Origin: Botryllus schlosseri
Taxonomy: Eukaryota
Direction: 5' to 3'
Assembly (NCBI GenBank): GCA_051294905.1
Contig: CM119371.1
Coordinates: 13,642,001-13,706,000 of the forward strand
Length of the DNA stretch: 64,000 nt
Shown: positions 1-13,203 of the stretch, one piece after another
How positions within the stretch are numbered: position 1 is the first letter of the stretch
How the letters are laid out: each line of letters opens with the position of its first letter
Notes under the pieces: model-generated
The model's input: the letters and a program-made list of their open reading frames with translations, nothing else
Database searches by the model: none
What the model was told of the DNA's origin: nothing
Translations under genes and position numbers: made by a program

Positions 1-2342
1 AAGTATAAAGAGACATAGAGAGGCTAATCGCCTTGAGGTTTCGCATGAAATATTTGAATCATTCCAACAAGACCTACCCAATCATGCTGCTATACACTGG
101 GATGGAAAGTTGACAGAAGACAGATTTGGAACAAGCTATGAAGCATTGGCTATGATATTGTGTTCTTATCCTCAGCATACAGATGGGATGTTACTTGGAA
201 TTCAGAAGATTGATCATGCAACAGGCGAGATTCAAGCAAAAACTGCATTTCAATTGATATCGGATTGGAATCTGCAGAACTCCATTTCTGCATTGGTATT
301 TGACACAACATCGAGCAATAGTGGGTGGAAAAAGGGGGCTGCAAAGTTATTGGAAGACCTCATAGGTAAAAAAATGTTGTATCATGCTTGTCGCCATCAT
401 GTATTGGAGTTGGTAGTAAAGAGTGTTTGGAAATGTATCTTTGGATGTCAAACCACGGGTCCCGAAAATACAGTATTCAACAATTTCAAAAAAAACTGGA
501 CAAAAATAGACAGAACTGCTCCAACTCGAATTTTGGAAGTCCCAGAGGATTACAGTGAGAGAGCTGCCAATGTCATAGCTCATTTGACACAAGCCTTCAA
601 CAAAAAAGATTTCTTTACTAGGGATGACTATAAACTCTGCTTCATCAACACCTTAGCTATCTTAGGTGCTCAGTTTCGTGCAAATCATCAAAGGCCGGGT
701 CCCACTCATCATGCCAGGTGGATGGGAACTATTCTATATTCTCAGAATATGTTCATGTGGGCTGATCAGATGCAATATTCAGAATGTTTCATTCGTCAAC
801 TGAAACGCATGAACTTGTTTCTAAGTTTATTCTATGTTCCCGCTTGGCTGGATTGCAGCATTGGGCGCGACGCTCCAGGGAACGACTTGCGTTTCATTCA
901 AGAGATGCACGGATATACAACTACCGACAAAGAGGTTGCTGAATCTGCTTGCAATAAGTTGATGAAACATCCATGGTACATTGTGGAAGAAACTGTGGTT
1001 TATGCCCTATTCTCGGAAAAAGAAAGTTACCATACCAGAAAAAGTATTGCAAGCCGGCTACTGGAAGTTGAAAAACCGCAAACCTATCGACGGGGACCAC
1101 CTGTTTTCTCGTCGGAGAGGACTATAGACGGGAGCACCACTTTGGCTGATTTAGTGGGCCCTCAGTCATGGCATTTGTTCATCGAATTTAAGTGTTCTGG
1201 AGAATGGTTGAATCAGCCTGTGAAACAATGGCCTGAGTATGAATCATACAAGATCATGAGTCGTTTTGTTAGTACTGTTAAAGTCGTGAACGACGCTGCG
1301 GAACGAGGAGTCAAACTCAACACCGACTATGCTGCTATCATCACAGATGATGAACTTCAGAAGAAAAGTTTGCTGCAAGTTGTTGCGCAACACCGCCAGA
1401 AGTATCAGAGCTTCAAAAAATCTGCACTAAAATTCATTTAAGCCCTGCCTAAAACTTGCTTAAGTGACTGGAGCATGCCGCGATCCATTTTTTTTGGTTT
1501 TTATGCTTACTAATTCATAACATATTTTCAGTGATAATAACAATTGTCGCAAGCCACGAAAATGTTATGATGTAGGCCTACTGATATTTTTGGCAATAAT
1601 CTGCTTCATAATTTGATTGTGCAAAATGTTCTCGCAATAAATTCATTGAGTTTCAGAAACATACATCTTCTTCACTTGACTCTATTCTTGTTTCAAGAGC
1701 AAGCCTAGTATCATGAACTTGTAGTACTTTCACAATGTTGCTCCATAGATATCCTTGTCATATTCCACTCTATGGCAACAGGAGAGTCCTGCGTTTTCGT
1801 CGTCTTCGAGCAGAAAGAGATTACTCAGTATTTTGCAAATGAACCGAATTTGAGGCGGAGACACTGACATTCCTACATTACATTCCTACTTAATAGTTCT
1901 TTCACCAACAGTCGCAAAGTAAAAGTCACCTGGAAATGCATGCATTTGTTTCATTCATACAACAGCTGTAGCAGTAGGCCTACAGATTACAACACATATT
2001 CCTGAAGGTAGCTCAGGTATATGTAGTTCAGTGCAATTGTCAAGAAATATATATTAACTCGATATTTCCCGCATATATACTGTTATTATCAACTGCAAGC
2101 TTCCCTAAGGGTACAATCATCACCGCTGAGAACTGCTTTGCATTATGAGCTAGGTAAACACAGTCAGGGGAATCCCCAATAATTAGGAGAATTGGACCCT
2201 GATCTTTGGGGGCTTTGCGGAAAAGGAAGATCACGATGAAGATGACCAAAATTGCTCATAAAAGTGTTTTTATGTACTAAACCATCATTTGGATAACAAT
2301 GGTCGAAGTTTCCTGATAATTTTTCAAATCTGAACAACCCTA
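1..2342 (+). mobile_element. Right part of a putatively autonomous hATm-type DNA transposon (left end outside window)
   Basis: Transposase ORF followed about 900 bp later by a terminus ...TCTGAACAACCCTA (rc TAGGGTTGTTCAGA). This resembles the TIRs of the TSD-flanked MITEs at 21628 and 29900. Confidence 0.75.
2..1441 (+). CDS. DDE transposase, hAT superfamily (hATm-like), 5'-truncated by window edge
   Basis: Frame open from base 2 (SIKRHRE...HWDGKL) to the stop at 1441. Motifs: HWDGK (D1), FDTTSSNSG (D2), CRHH (CxxH), PGPTHHARW and VVNDAAERGVK (E). Confidence 0.85.
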   Translation, partial: SIKRHREANRLEVSHEIFESFQQDLPNHAAIHWDGKLTEDRFGTSYEALAMILCSYPQHTDGMLLGIQKIDHATGEIQAKTAFQLISDWNLQNSISALVFDTTSSNSGWKKGAAKLLEDLIGKKMLYHACRHHVLELVVKSVWKCIFGCQTTGPENTVFNNFKKNWTKIDRTAPTRILEVPEDYSERAANVIAHLTQAFNKKDFFTRDDYKLCFINTLAILGAQFRANHQRPGPTHHARWMGTILYSQNMFMWADQMQYSECFIRQLKRMNLFLSLFYVPAWLDCSIGRDAPGNDLRFIQEMHGYTTTDKEVAESACNKLMKHPWYIVEETVVYALFSEKESYHTRKSIASRLLEVEKPQTYRRGPPVFSSERTIDGSTTLADLVGPQSWHLFIEFKCSGEWLNQPVKQWPEYESYKIMSRFVSTVKVVNDAAERGVKLNTDYAAIITDDELQKKSLLQVVAQHRQKYQSFKKSALKFI

Positions 2343-2593
2343 ATGACCACCCACTATGTTGGACGAATTGTATGAAGTACCGCGATTTTGTAGTTGCTTC
2401 TAATAATGATCAGTATAGGCTGTATCTTTTTTCATTAAATGCTGTAACTATGCCGGCTACTTCGTGATATAATCTGTATACGAAAGTGATAACCACGAGA
2501 CACGAAAACAAATTAAAAGGATAGTTAGCACAGCCGAACTGATATAATTATATCAACAGCGTCCTGCGTAGCAGTTTTGCACGGTATAAGAAC

Positions 2594-3586
2594 TAGGGAT
2601 GGTGTGAACTTGAGGTTCACGTTCGCGTTCTGTGTGTGAACCTCTGAAATTTAGAGGTTCGCGTTCACAACAGAACCTTGGTAGGTTCTGCACTGTGAAC
2701 CTTTTTCATATATTACAATTTTCACTTAATTATGACATTTTTGGTTCGAATTTATTGCATTTCAACTGCGGGCCACTCTATGCATGACGCTGGCAGCATA
2801 AAAAACACAATACGAGCATGCACCTTGACAGTCTCAGAGATTCTAGTTGCTTTATTAAAAATGTTGGCTTGAAATATCCAGCTTTCCGTTTGTGAATATT
2901 TAGTGACTCTCTGCTGTGCGCTTGAGCCGCAATCACATAACATCACGAGCGACATGCAGTACACGTAGTCAGCGAATGATGCTTATTCAACCAATCAATG
3001 AGATTGATATCGTTTTTTGAAGTGACAAATCTAGCAGACGTACGGGGTCAATCTTGACTTCATATGTTTAGTGTATCATTAAAACCAAATCCGCGCGATT
3101 GAGGTGTTGGCTACAGCTGTATAACTTGACGTAGCCTAATATCGGTAGCAAGTATAGAAATCTGTTTTACACTCTGCCCAATATCAATGTAGCAATACTC
3201 AGATGCCGAATACATTGTCCGGTCTGGCCAAGACCGTTGCGGCGTAAGCCTATATTCCCTGGCAACTCCTCGTCGAAATTGTTGGCAAAGCGACGGATGA
3301 TATTGATTTTATGGGAGTATTATATCATTTGATTGCCTCAGCTGATACATTGAGCGACGTATCATACGCCAATATGTACTTCAGCATTGTGTCATTATGT
3401 GGCCCGGGTCGTCGCTAGGTATCGTGTACATTAATATAGGCTATCACTTCATTGAAATGTAGGGCTGTAATTAGCAATATGACGTCACGTGACGTCATAA
3501 GGTTCACGTTCGCGTTCACACAGAACCTTTCAAAAAGGTTCGCGTTCACACGAACCTGAACCTTTCAGAGGTTCACACCATCCCTA
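2594..3586. mobile_element. Non-autonomous hAT-like element
   Basis: 16-bp TIR TAGGGATGGTGTGAAC...GTTCACACCATCCCTA with subterminal GTTCAC/GTTCGC repeats. TSD not preserved. An inverted partial copy lies at about 53490-53922. Confidence 0.75.
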
Positions 3587-3858
3587 AATTTACTATGATG
3601 ACAGGATTATATAAATCGCGTGTATATATAAATGCGTGGATCTAAAACACTGACGCTAGTATTATCATATTTGTTTTTGAAACGTACCTCACGTGCCGAT
3701 AGATAGCTCGACAGTAATTAGCTCCTGTTTGTTTATAGCACAAGCGACCAGTATTGTGCGACGTTGCATTATATCGAAGACTGTGACGTCATCTGTTATT
3801 GACCGGTATGCATTTGTTCACTGACGCAAACTAATATTGTATCTTTGTTGCACTAGAG

Positions 3859-4845
3859 CAGTGGTTCTCAACCTTTTTGCCTTCGCGGACCCCTTTTGGA
3901 GCGTCAAGGACCCCGCGGACCCCCAAAATATTAGTTTATATTTAGCTCAATTTGGCGAGATAGCGTATATAGTGGTATAATCCACAGCAGCAACAGCACT
4001 GGGTTGCGGTTACTACGTAATACCTACCTATGTTTCGGCGGTTTATCAAAGTTTCTCCTTGCCATCTCATCTGTGTAAGAGATGTCTTATAAAAGCCCAG
4101 ATATGGGTCATGATATAAGTCGTCAGCTACGGAATAGAAATGAAGAAAATTGGCCTGGTGTGAATGACCATTGTAGTCGACAAACACCATGAATACCAAA
4201 ACAAGCTCAATTATCGTGCAACCGCCATCTGTGTTTTACGAATATTAATTTCAGGCTAGTGCCAAATATAGCAAAAAATTAACATCGCACTATTTATATG
4301 GAAATTGGGTTTACGGTAGCAAGTTTTGTAGCTGCATTTCGTGAAATACGTGCTCGTGTCTTGAAAATCCGACTCTTCGGTTTTATATGAACGATTGCCG
4401 AAAAGTTATTTCCACAAATATAGGTGGTGGCGAATGGTATAATAACGGGCACCGACGACCCATTTGAGTATGATCGTAGCATATATACCACCAAAATTGA
4501 GACTTAGATTTGTACTTGAACATATAACGTCCATCCTAGTCATTTTCATCAAGCAGCTCATCTTGAAGTTGGTCTGGGATTGTGGTTATGTATATCACCC
4601 CAACAAACCTCTTTAAACGGCAATATGTTTTTTTTATTATTAGTAAGCTATCGGGAATTTAGCAATTAAAATGAGTTCGCACAGTAGGATATTTAATCTC
4701 AGACGGCAATTATGTTGATGTGAGTCATGAAGTTGTAGCTGTAATTAGGCAAAATATCATTTTGCAAGTTTAGAGGCTTCGCGGACCCCCTGAAAATGCT
4801 TCACGGACCCCCAGGGGTCCGCGGACCCCCGGTTGAGAACCACTG
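3859..4845. mobile_element. Non-autonomous hAT (Charlie/Buster-type) element
   Basis: TIR CAGTGGTTCTCAACC, perfect 8-bp TSD CACTAGAG with central TA, and subterminal CGGACCCC repeats. Confidence 0.92.
3957..4205 (+). mobile_element. tRNA-derived SINE copy inside the hAT element
   Basis: The head GAGATAGCGTATATAGTGGTATAATCCACAGC and the 3' segment GGCCTGGTGTGAATGACCATTGTAG...CACCATGAATACC match the reverse complement of 16271-16546. Confidence 0.65.
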
Positions 4846-5982
4846 CACTAGAGCTTTCGCGAGTTGATCTGGTTATATACTGCCATGAATTGAAGGAACT
4901 TGTCTGAAGTAAATGGAATTGGTCTGTATGATAGAACGGGACGCAAAATCACTATACCGTTGATATTAATATCTCAAATTCAATGAACCATCTTCAAATC
5001 TTATATTTTAAGAATGAATTCTATCTAATTAGTTATGTTCGCTGAGTATTAAAGGTACCTGGCAATTACCGACTACGCTGAAGGCTAGACGACACGTAAA
5101 ATTTCAAATAAAAATTACACTAGTGCAGAGTGTGTCCGCTTTAAATTGTACAGTGAGTTCGTTTTACTCAGTCCGACACTTTGTTTCGGCGATGAGATTT
5201 AAATGGAAAAACGTCGGAGTTGATCCGATATCGCAAAATAAGCTAAGCTGCACGAGCAGTTACATTGTTACACAGTACAATTCCGATAGCGCAGATACAA
5301 TTAATAATGATGTTATGAAACGAGTCATTGCATAGCCCGTTTCTTCCTGAGACTTCTGCATCATTTCAGCTCACATCTTTGAGTTCAAAAAGATGACGCT
5401 ATAGTTGCTGCAGCATACGAAACTGTTGTCTTACCGTCTTGACAATGAAGAATTCAAGATATACACATCGAGTAGGCGTTGCATGTCTGCTCAAGTTATC
5501 CGAGAGTTAATGCCTACTTTGCAAATACATAGTGCGATGACATGAGTGTCCAGCGGTTTGCATGTAATAACAACACTGAGCTTGCGGTACAAGTGTTCTG
5601 TTTACGGACATAAGACTTTGGGAAAGTTTCCGCACTCTCTTAGAACTCGATAAAAGAATGACTCTACGTTGACCAATTGGATTCAGGTGCGTCACGGTCT
5701 GCGAATTCGGTGACAGTGGGTTCGATATTCTTCCTCGGACACGTTGAAAAATTTGCTGCATTATGAATGCTACGCTTCGATATCAACTGAGTTGTAAAAA
5801 AGGTGGACATGACATGAACTCGAAACTGAACAGCAATGACTTGGACTCGGACTGGAGTCTCAAAACTACGACTCGAGCTTGGCCCTCTGCTCTCCGATTT
5901 GGTGGACTCGGTGATGAGGTGAAATGGCTCAATTTCACTCGAGTCAAAACTATAAAATTAAGATTCTCCTGTGCCTCGGAAC

Positions 5983-6491
5983 TAGGGTTGGGCACAATGA
6001 TTCGAGAGCTCGAATCTAAATCGAGTATTAATTTCAAGGATTTGAGTCGAGTAGTAAAAGACGATATTTTCGAGTACTGAAATTACACGCTCCTCGTCAC
6101 TAAAAGTCAATTTATCAACGAGAATTATAGTTTTGGTACTATTTTCCAATGTGGAAGGCTTAAAACCCTGGTCGACCGCATCGAACCATACGAAACATTG
6201 TACAAAGCTACCAACGTTACGGGAAACAACACATTTCCGACGTTATAATCATCCCGTAACCTTGTCACAAAGTGCAGTGAAATCAGTATGGTCGAAAAAA
6301 TACTAAAGCATCTTTATTGTGATGGATAACAGGGATTCTATTCTTTGTGTGGCATAAAAGGTACATATTTGAACTTTGACCTATTGCATTCTTTTATGAC
6401 GTCATAATGAGCGATACTCGAATACTCGACTCGACGCATAACACGTGATTCAGAATCGAATCACTCTGGTACTCGATTTTGCCCAGCCCTA
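5983..6491. mobile_element. hAT MITE
   Basis: TIR TAGGGTTGGGCA...TGCCCAGCCCTA and perfect 8-bp TSD CTCGGAAC. Confidence 0.88.
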
Positions 6492-6972
6492 CTCGGAACC
6501 TAGTTGAGGGCTACGGATGGGGAAGCAATTCAACGTTCAAATCCCATCAGCGACATTTTTGCTGAAACGGAGAATCTGACGAGCATCATCCCATTTCCGA
6601 AAACGGGTTGAGTGGCGTCAGACGGAGCGTGAAAACAGCTAGCATTATACGGAAAATACGAATGACAAGCAACAATAGTGATATAATAAGATATTGTATT
6701 TTTTATCAGCTGATATGAGCACGCAAGAAATCTCCAAGAATGGCGTTTCTTACATAATAATTAATAATCATGTCATTTGTCATGCTAATTCTCCCACCGA
6801 AGCATGCTCCGGCGATATATGAGAATGGTGTGCGCACTGGTTTATCGTTGCAATTCCAAGAGTTTTGCCATTAACATTATTCCGCTTATTTAATGACGAC
6901 ATCGACATAGGTTTTAAACGGAATTTCTCAAAGTCAGCTTCAAGTATTTTATATGACCCGAATGGAGGAACC

Positions 6973-7092
6973 CAGACTTGGACAATTATAGTTAATTCTA
7001 GTTGTCTAATTTCACTAAATTAGAGCAAAATGCCAGTAATATAATTCTAATCTAACTTGAAAAAGCTGAGATTTTCTAGTTGTCGAAGTCTG
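6973..7092. mobile_element. 120-bp mini hAT-like MITE
   Basis: TIR CAGACTTGGACAA...TTGTCGAAGTCTG, flanked by GAGGAACC/GAGGAACG (7/8 TSD match). Confidence 0.7.
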
Positions 7093-8045
7093 GAGGAACG
7101 TCGATGTTTCACGAAAAGATCATGGGTGTTGAATCTGGCGGAACATTGCCTTTGTATTGTGAAGGTAGTATTGACGTCACTCAGGGTTAGATGATACAGC
7201 GCCGATTGAGCTCATGTAGTATTATTTAAACTCAATTTGAGAAGTTTTAATAAGTTTGGATTATATACAAATGAATATGATCACTGTCATAGTTGTGTTA
7301 TAAAGGCAGAAAGATTCTGTATACATCTTTATAAGCACCATACGTATAACCATTTCTAGCTCCTATATTTCTGTGTTGGTAACAAGCGTAACGGAAACTG
7401 CTTATATTTACGCGATTTGCCGCATGCTTCCGTGGATCCGTGTCGAATGCTAAGAATCCGGCAATTAGCAGAACTTCGGCTTGTATATTTTCCCTTTTAG
7501 TCTCGATGACTTTCAATTTCCATCATTAAATGTCAAGTTTTGCATCATGATTACGTCAATGATTAGGATTACCGTCTTGAAATTTTTGAACGTGGTGATT
7601 TAAGCTGTTTGGCTTTATAACAATACAACGCGACAAGGTACCTGGTAGTTTATAGAGATTGGAATTTATCGGTTGCTGGTTTCTGATCTATAATTGAAAT
7701 GTGCCTTCGGCATCTAGAAAGTCCTCGATTATATTATAATGTGCGATCTATTTCGGTATAAAACTTAACGTGGTCGAGATGCCGCGTTCATCGAAATTTG
7801 TCCCATTAGAAGTCCACATCTTAGCTTGATTGAAGATGAGATAAAATTCCCGCCGAATCGAAGCTATCAAATGAGTCCGCGATTCAAAGATAAAAACGAG
7901 CTCGTACGTTGCGGACGTTTAACAAGGCGTGGTTTCTTTGTAAACGTGTGTGTCGTAATTGATGAGCGTGAAATCACAATCGAGGAATTCACGAATAACT
8001 TATCTTATTCTGCTGTTTCTTCAGATATTGCAGCATATTAAAGTT

Positions 8046-8289
8046 ATGGCCGAGATGACGTTAGGTGTATTGATATTCGGTATGCTTGCTACCGCTACTG
8101 TTGCCTCTACCAACGGCGCTAACTGCGAGAGCGAACTATGTTGTTACGTGCAGCAAATGAGCCGTCACTGCATGTCGAAATCCAGCGCACAGAAGTTTAT
8201 GGATCTTGAAAGATCGGTGTCGGCCGTTTCAGAGACGGTGACCGAAGACCGCTATGGAAAACGAAAGCAACAGGAATCTTGCTGTAAAG
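8046..8289 (+). CDS. C-type lectin, coding exon 1 (signal peptide and Cys-rich/neck region)
   Basis: MAEMTLGVLIFGMLATATVAST is a hydrophobic leader. Donor AAAG|GTTGGT is phase 1 and joins exon 2 in frame. An upstream acceptor TTTCTTCAG ends at 8024. Confidence 0.75.
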
Positions 8290-9245
8290 GTTGGTGCGGG
8301 GTTTCGATAAATACTTCGGCGGATCATGTTCATATGCAACAGTGACACCAATTGGGACATTTGGGGGCCAACGAGCTGTGCCATTTGCAAGCTGTTTGGC
8401 ATCTTAATTCAAAGTTTAGCGCGTTGGCACTATTTAGGCATTTTCCGCTTTATTTAACTATTACAACGAGAACTGTTTTCATCACAATTAGGATGAGAAC
8501 CAAGTTCAGGTTCGTCAGAAAGGTTAGAGTAGGTCCCTCTGAGTTTATCGACGTACTGCTCTGGAACAATGTACAATCAGGCTGCTTTAACTCAACTATC
8601 CTATGCAGAGAAAAACATTTCCCGAACGTCTATTTAAGCCGTATTGGACCTCTATATAATTCGAATTAGCACACTGTGATAAAGCACTATTCCAGTCAAT
8701 CTAGCACCAATCTACGATCGATTTTGCGCCAACGGCCTTTCACTAGTGGACAACCATGACACGGATGCAGAAACCGCGATTATCATTATAATACTTTCAA
8801 CTTTTCTATTGCATGCAGCATGGTAACGGTTGTTAATGCACATTTTGTGAGAGGGACCCGAGTGACGTATAGTCAAATATTGCTTGGGCAACTGTCAATG
8901 ATCTAAACAGGAACTAGGTTCAGGTTAATACTTCCTGTAATGTGTCATCATGTACTGGTGGTTCGGGATTGTCCGATGTCGACCAATTAATTTAATAATT
9001 CATTATTTTATATTAATTTGAACAAAAAACAGATAGCGTCGCAATCAACAATTCGGATGAAGTCAAAACGACTAAGACCTAAAGCCCATCGATCGATCAC
9101 TCGATTAAGTGGACCCTGTTGCATGGGGCCACATGTTCATTTTTAGTTCGGTTCATGAAGGCCTACTTACTGGATGTTGTAATCTTCCTACTATAATTCA
9201 TTCCTTTATTATTTCTATCAACACCAAAAGATTTGAATAGAATTA

Positions 9246-9560
9246 AACAACAACAACAACAACAATCATTGGGTTATAATTTTCATCCGAACAAGTTACA
9301 CACAATGTACAATGCGATAAGACACAATGCGATGTAACGAACAGATAGGAGGATGTCGAACGACACGCATCAGTAGCGATCCTTTACTCTAACATACACC
9401 TCGGCCTAGAGCGCCCGATGTCATAGTTCTTTTCGATGTTGAACTTTTTTGAAGCCGCGGTTCTTTCTACTAGTTCTTTCCATTCCTTATGAGTGCTTTC
9501 TTTCTTCGGGAAAATATAGAAATGAGTCGCAGCGAATTGGATAAAGCCTGTAAATCAAAC
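9246..9560 (-). mobile_element. 3' end of a non-LTR retroelement with (TTG)n tail
   Basis: About 110 bp near-identical to 13100-13200, ending in a microsatellite tail. A similar tail lies on + at about 50440-50585. Confidence 0.55.
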
Positions 9561-11619
9561 AACCACATTCGCATATAGATAATAATAATAATTAAAGGCA
9601 TGTACACTGAATGAAACGTACCAGAAAAAATATAATGTACAAACAACGAAAATGAAATAGCATTTGTGGTGTGGGCATGTGACGTGTAGGCGAAATCTGT
9701 GCCGGTTTGCGGCCGGTAATTGTTTGCGGAGTCTGGAAACCGAGGGACTTGTTGTTATCAACGGGAAGTTTAATTATATTAATAATATGACGGGCGAAAA
9801 TTATGAGCAGAAAATGCAAAATCATTTGCAGTACGATGGATTTTTTCTTTGTGAGTCAATAACTATCGCAGTGTGAATCAAAATGATAAGGTTATAGCTT
9901 TGAATAGAAAGATGCTCCGCGGGGAACTATACGACTGCCTTATCACGCTATGAATATCAGAACTACGTCGTAACCATATCAGTTAAAACTTTGCTCAAGA
10001 ATGCCTTGCCAATTGCCAGATCATATACTGGGTGTATATTATTATTTATTAAACGCGGCCAGCTGTATAAACTACTAGAAAGCAAGATCTTGTGATAGGT
10101 TTGGGCTTCTTGAGGCCAAATCGATTCAAGGTTACAGGGCCAATATTGTATACATGTTACGATGACTTTGTTTTGTTGACTCAACTGGCACTATATGCAC
10201 GCACGGTCATTCATACTGCTGACTCCAACAATGAATAACGATAGGAAGGAGAATGGGATTTGAAGACCGAAATTACATAAAGTTAAAATGGAGTTGGTAT
10301 CTTTTCCAAGTGAGAATACGTACAAATTAACCTCCACAGGTTCGATGTACGGCCGCCTTTGTTACCCAGACCGAGAAACTACGTTAATTCGACATGAACG
10401 GTAGCCAGTTGCACGTTGCGAATACAGTCTGTAAACCAAGGCAATTTTGTGCTCGAGGTTGCCTGGCCCTCTCGGTATGAACGCGTCTGCATAGTATATA
10501 TTTGACAACGGTTTTTGAGAACGAATTCGCTCCATACAGAATTACTCACCGCTGTTGCATCCAAGTTCAATAATCGAACTACGCTACTGTGCGTGCCAAA
10601 ATCACCGTCATCTACACATATCACAATAACACTCATCATAGCAGTTCAAAACCGTTGTTGAAACTTTTGGCAAATGCCTGAGTGACCAATAATGACTACA
10701 GCTTTCAAATCGTTATGAAAAGTAGCCTATATCAAGCTGACAAAGATACGTTCAGGAAGGGACTGAATATATCATAATCTTGTCAGGGACAGCAGGAAAA
10801 TGTGTTGTCCTCAACGCCTATATTAAGGCTATTATTCAAGGGTCCCCGGATCTGTTTATTACCCTTAGAAAATGATGCTTTTTGATGCGAGGACCCACTA
10901 CTTTCCAATCGCTGGATTGATCGACCCATAGTTGGCCGTAAATCCAGCTTCAATGACGTTGGCATCGTCGCCTAGAGACTAGAACCTAAGATTCTCATTT
11001 GCTTTCCATGTACCCCATAAAACCAGTCCGCACACACAAGTTTAAGAACCCGCAGGATAAAGGAATTTATGCAGCGATTTAGGAAAAAGGATTGAACTGT
11101 CACGTGCAATCGCCAGCCGGTTTGAGAGAGTCGTGGTACAGAACGCGTCATGCATGCTGGTTACGCCAGTCTCCTAACCCGTTTACAGGCTGAATCAATC
11201 AAATTATAGAGCTGATTAGGAAATCCTGTGCCGATAATATCAGATGACATGATACGGTAGCTGCCGCAGCTAAAGTACATGCCTCCACCGAAAGCAAAAA
11301 CTCGGTGATCGCAGTCTGTCATTGTTGATAGGATCAACATACAGTCATGCCCCGCAGGTTTGAAATCGCACTGTTGGACGCGGGATTTAGCTAATAAGTT
11401 GTCATGTCACGATGTATTCGTGACGAGTTTACAGGGTGTACTGTCCGCAAAATACAGAGTCGATAATATTTTATGATACTTTAAAAATACATCTTCGTGA
11501 CTCCATAATCCCATCGTGCCGAATTTACTCCGAAAATTGCAGTAACAATTGGAGTCGCGACTTTAGACGCTATCTTTGTCAAAACGGTGCAATTATATAC
11601 CATATCATATTTTTGACAG

Positions 11620-11803
11620 ATGTAGACGTATTGAAGTTCGAAATCGAGCAACTGAAAGACCTGCTGACCTGGTACAAAGCCAGCAATGGAAAGTTTTACA
11701 AGGTCTTCAAGGAATGGGCTAACTTCACGACTGCTATGGCGCGGTGCGCACAGGAAGGTGCGAGATTGGCAGTGGATGGTATTCGCAACACCGACACCAG
11801 AAG
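11620..11803 (+). CDS. C-type lectin, coding exon 2 (N-half of CTLD)
   Basis: Acceptor TTTTTGACAG, encodes WYKASNGKFYKVFKEWANFTTAMARCAQEGARLA (WxxA..C...G..LA-type CTLD start), donor AG|GTATAT phase 2. Confidence 0.85.
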
Positions 11804-12212
11804 GTATATATTGCAACGAAAATGGTTTTGATTACACTTGTTTCCAGAACCCAGATACTATATCCTTTAAAAGTCAGTCACACACGAAATAATTTGACAC
11901 AGCGATTATATTCCATCAGGACATCTCAGCATGTTTCCAATGCTTATTCAAATTATATAGTTACCTGATAACAAGACAGTAAATAATACCACTTCGCAAT
12001 CTCAGGGTATATGAAATTGGCGAAAAAGGTTTTGTAACGATCTCCCCTATTTTTTTTTATATCTATCCCTGAAATTGTCAAGATTGCGTTAGTCATGCAG
12101 GATATCCGTCGGTGACACACATCTTTCAATTTCGTATGCTTATATTTCGCGTTATTGTCATGTAGAAGTCATGCGACGCCTGTGTCTGCGACGCCTCAAT
12201 CTTCCTTTAGAG

Positions 12213-13046
12213 CGGTGGTTCTTTAACTTTTTAGACCACGAACCAAATCATAGTGTTATTGGCATTTCGCAACCCAAGTCTCTCACATAAAAAGTAATAC
12301 ACCTTTAATCTTAGTACGGTATGCTACGTTTTTACGGGCATTTATGACATAAAGAACGCGCAAACAACATTTATAAGCAAAGTATTCTAGGTCTATGAAA
12401 CATGTCTGTGGCACGCGATTTCAAATTAGGGCTCATTGTATTCCCCTAAGGGTAGCAGTTGTACTGCATTTGTACTACTGTCTACGAAAATTGAAGACAC
12501 GGGACTATACGGTGCCGACCATTTTGAGGACAGGACGTATTAATATCGAATGTTCTGGCCAACCAGCAACGGCCTGTATTGGCCAAGGTTTTTGCGCCGC
12601 CGATTTCTATGGCACCGCACTTTGCCCAACCGTATATATTGGCCAAAATGTCATGTGTTCATGTAACCCAGCGCGGAAGGCGTACCTGTATATCATAATC
12701 CCGCATCCGCTCGTTGCACACGCCGCGATGCTAAAGCATCCCAAAGGTCTCAACAGCGTTTTCCATAGACAAATCTTATCATGAATTCAAACCAATATGT
12801 GTAGTATAAAGGTCGACGCATTTTCATGATCAAACCATATTTCAGTAACGACTTTATGACGTGTCTCGTTTATTGGCTATAGTACCCATTACAGTAACAT
12901 CGGATATGGATAAATTTCCACAGGAAATTGAAGATAATATTTGTTGCAAGAAGTTTACCAAATATTACATACATATTCAAAGGTAGCTCTGGTGCCGTCG
13001 CGAACGAAAATTATACCTTTTGCGACCCATACTTTCGGAACCCCTG
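12213..13046. mobile_element. Older non-autonomous hAT (Charlie-type) element in lectin intron 2
   Basis: Degenerate TIR CGGTGGTTC...GAACCCCTG, flanked by CTTTAGAG/ATTTAGAG. Confidence 0.65.
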
Positions 13047-13203
13047 ATTTAGAGAATCCGATAGAATATAACATAACATGGTTGGGTTATATTTTTGATC
13101 TGAACAAGTCACACACAATGTACAATGCGATGTCATGAACAGATAGGAGGATGTCGAACGACACGCATCAGTAGCGATCCTTTACTCTAACATCCACCTA
13201 GAT

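Noticed and set aside
9960..10190. Possible integrase remnant on the minus strand
   Set aside because: The resemblance is too weak and no catalytic motif is clearly preserved.
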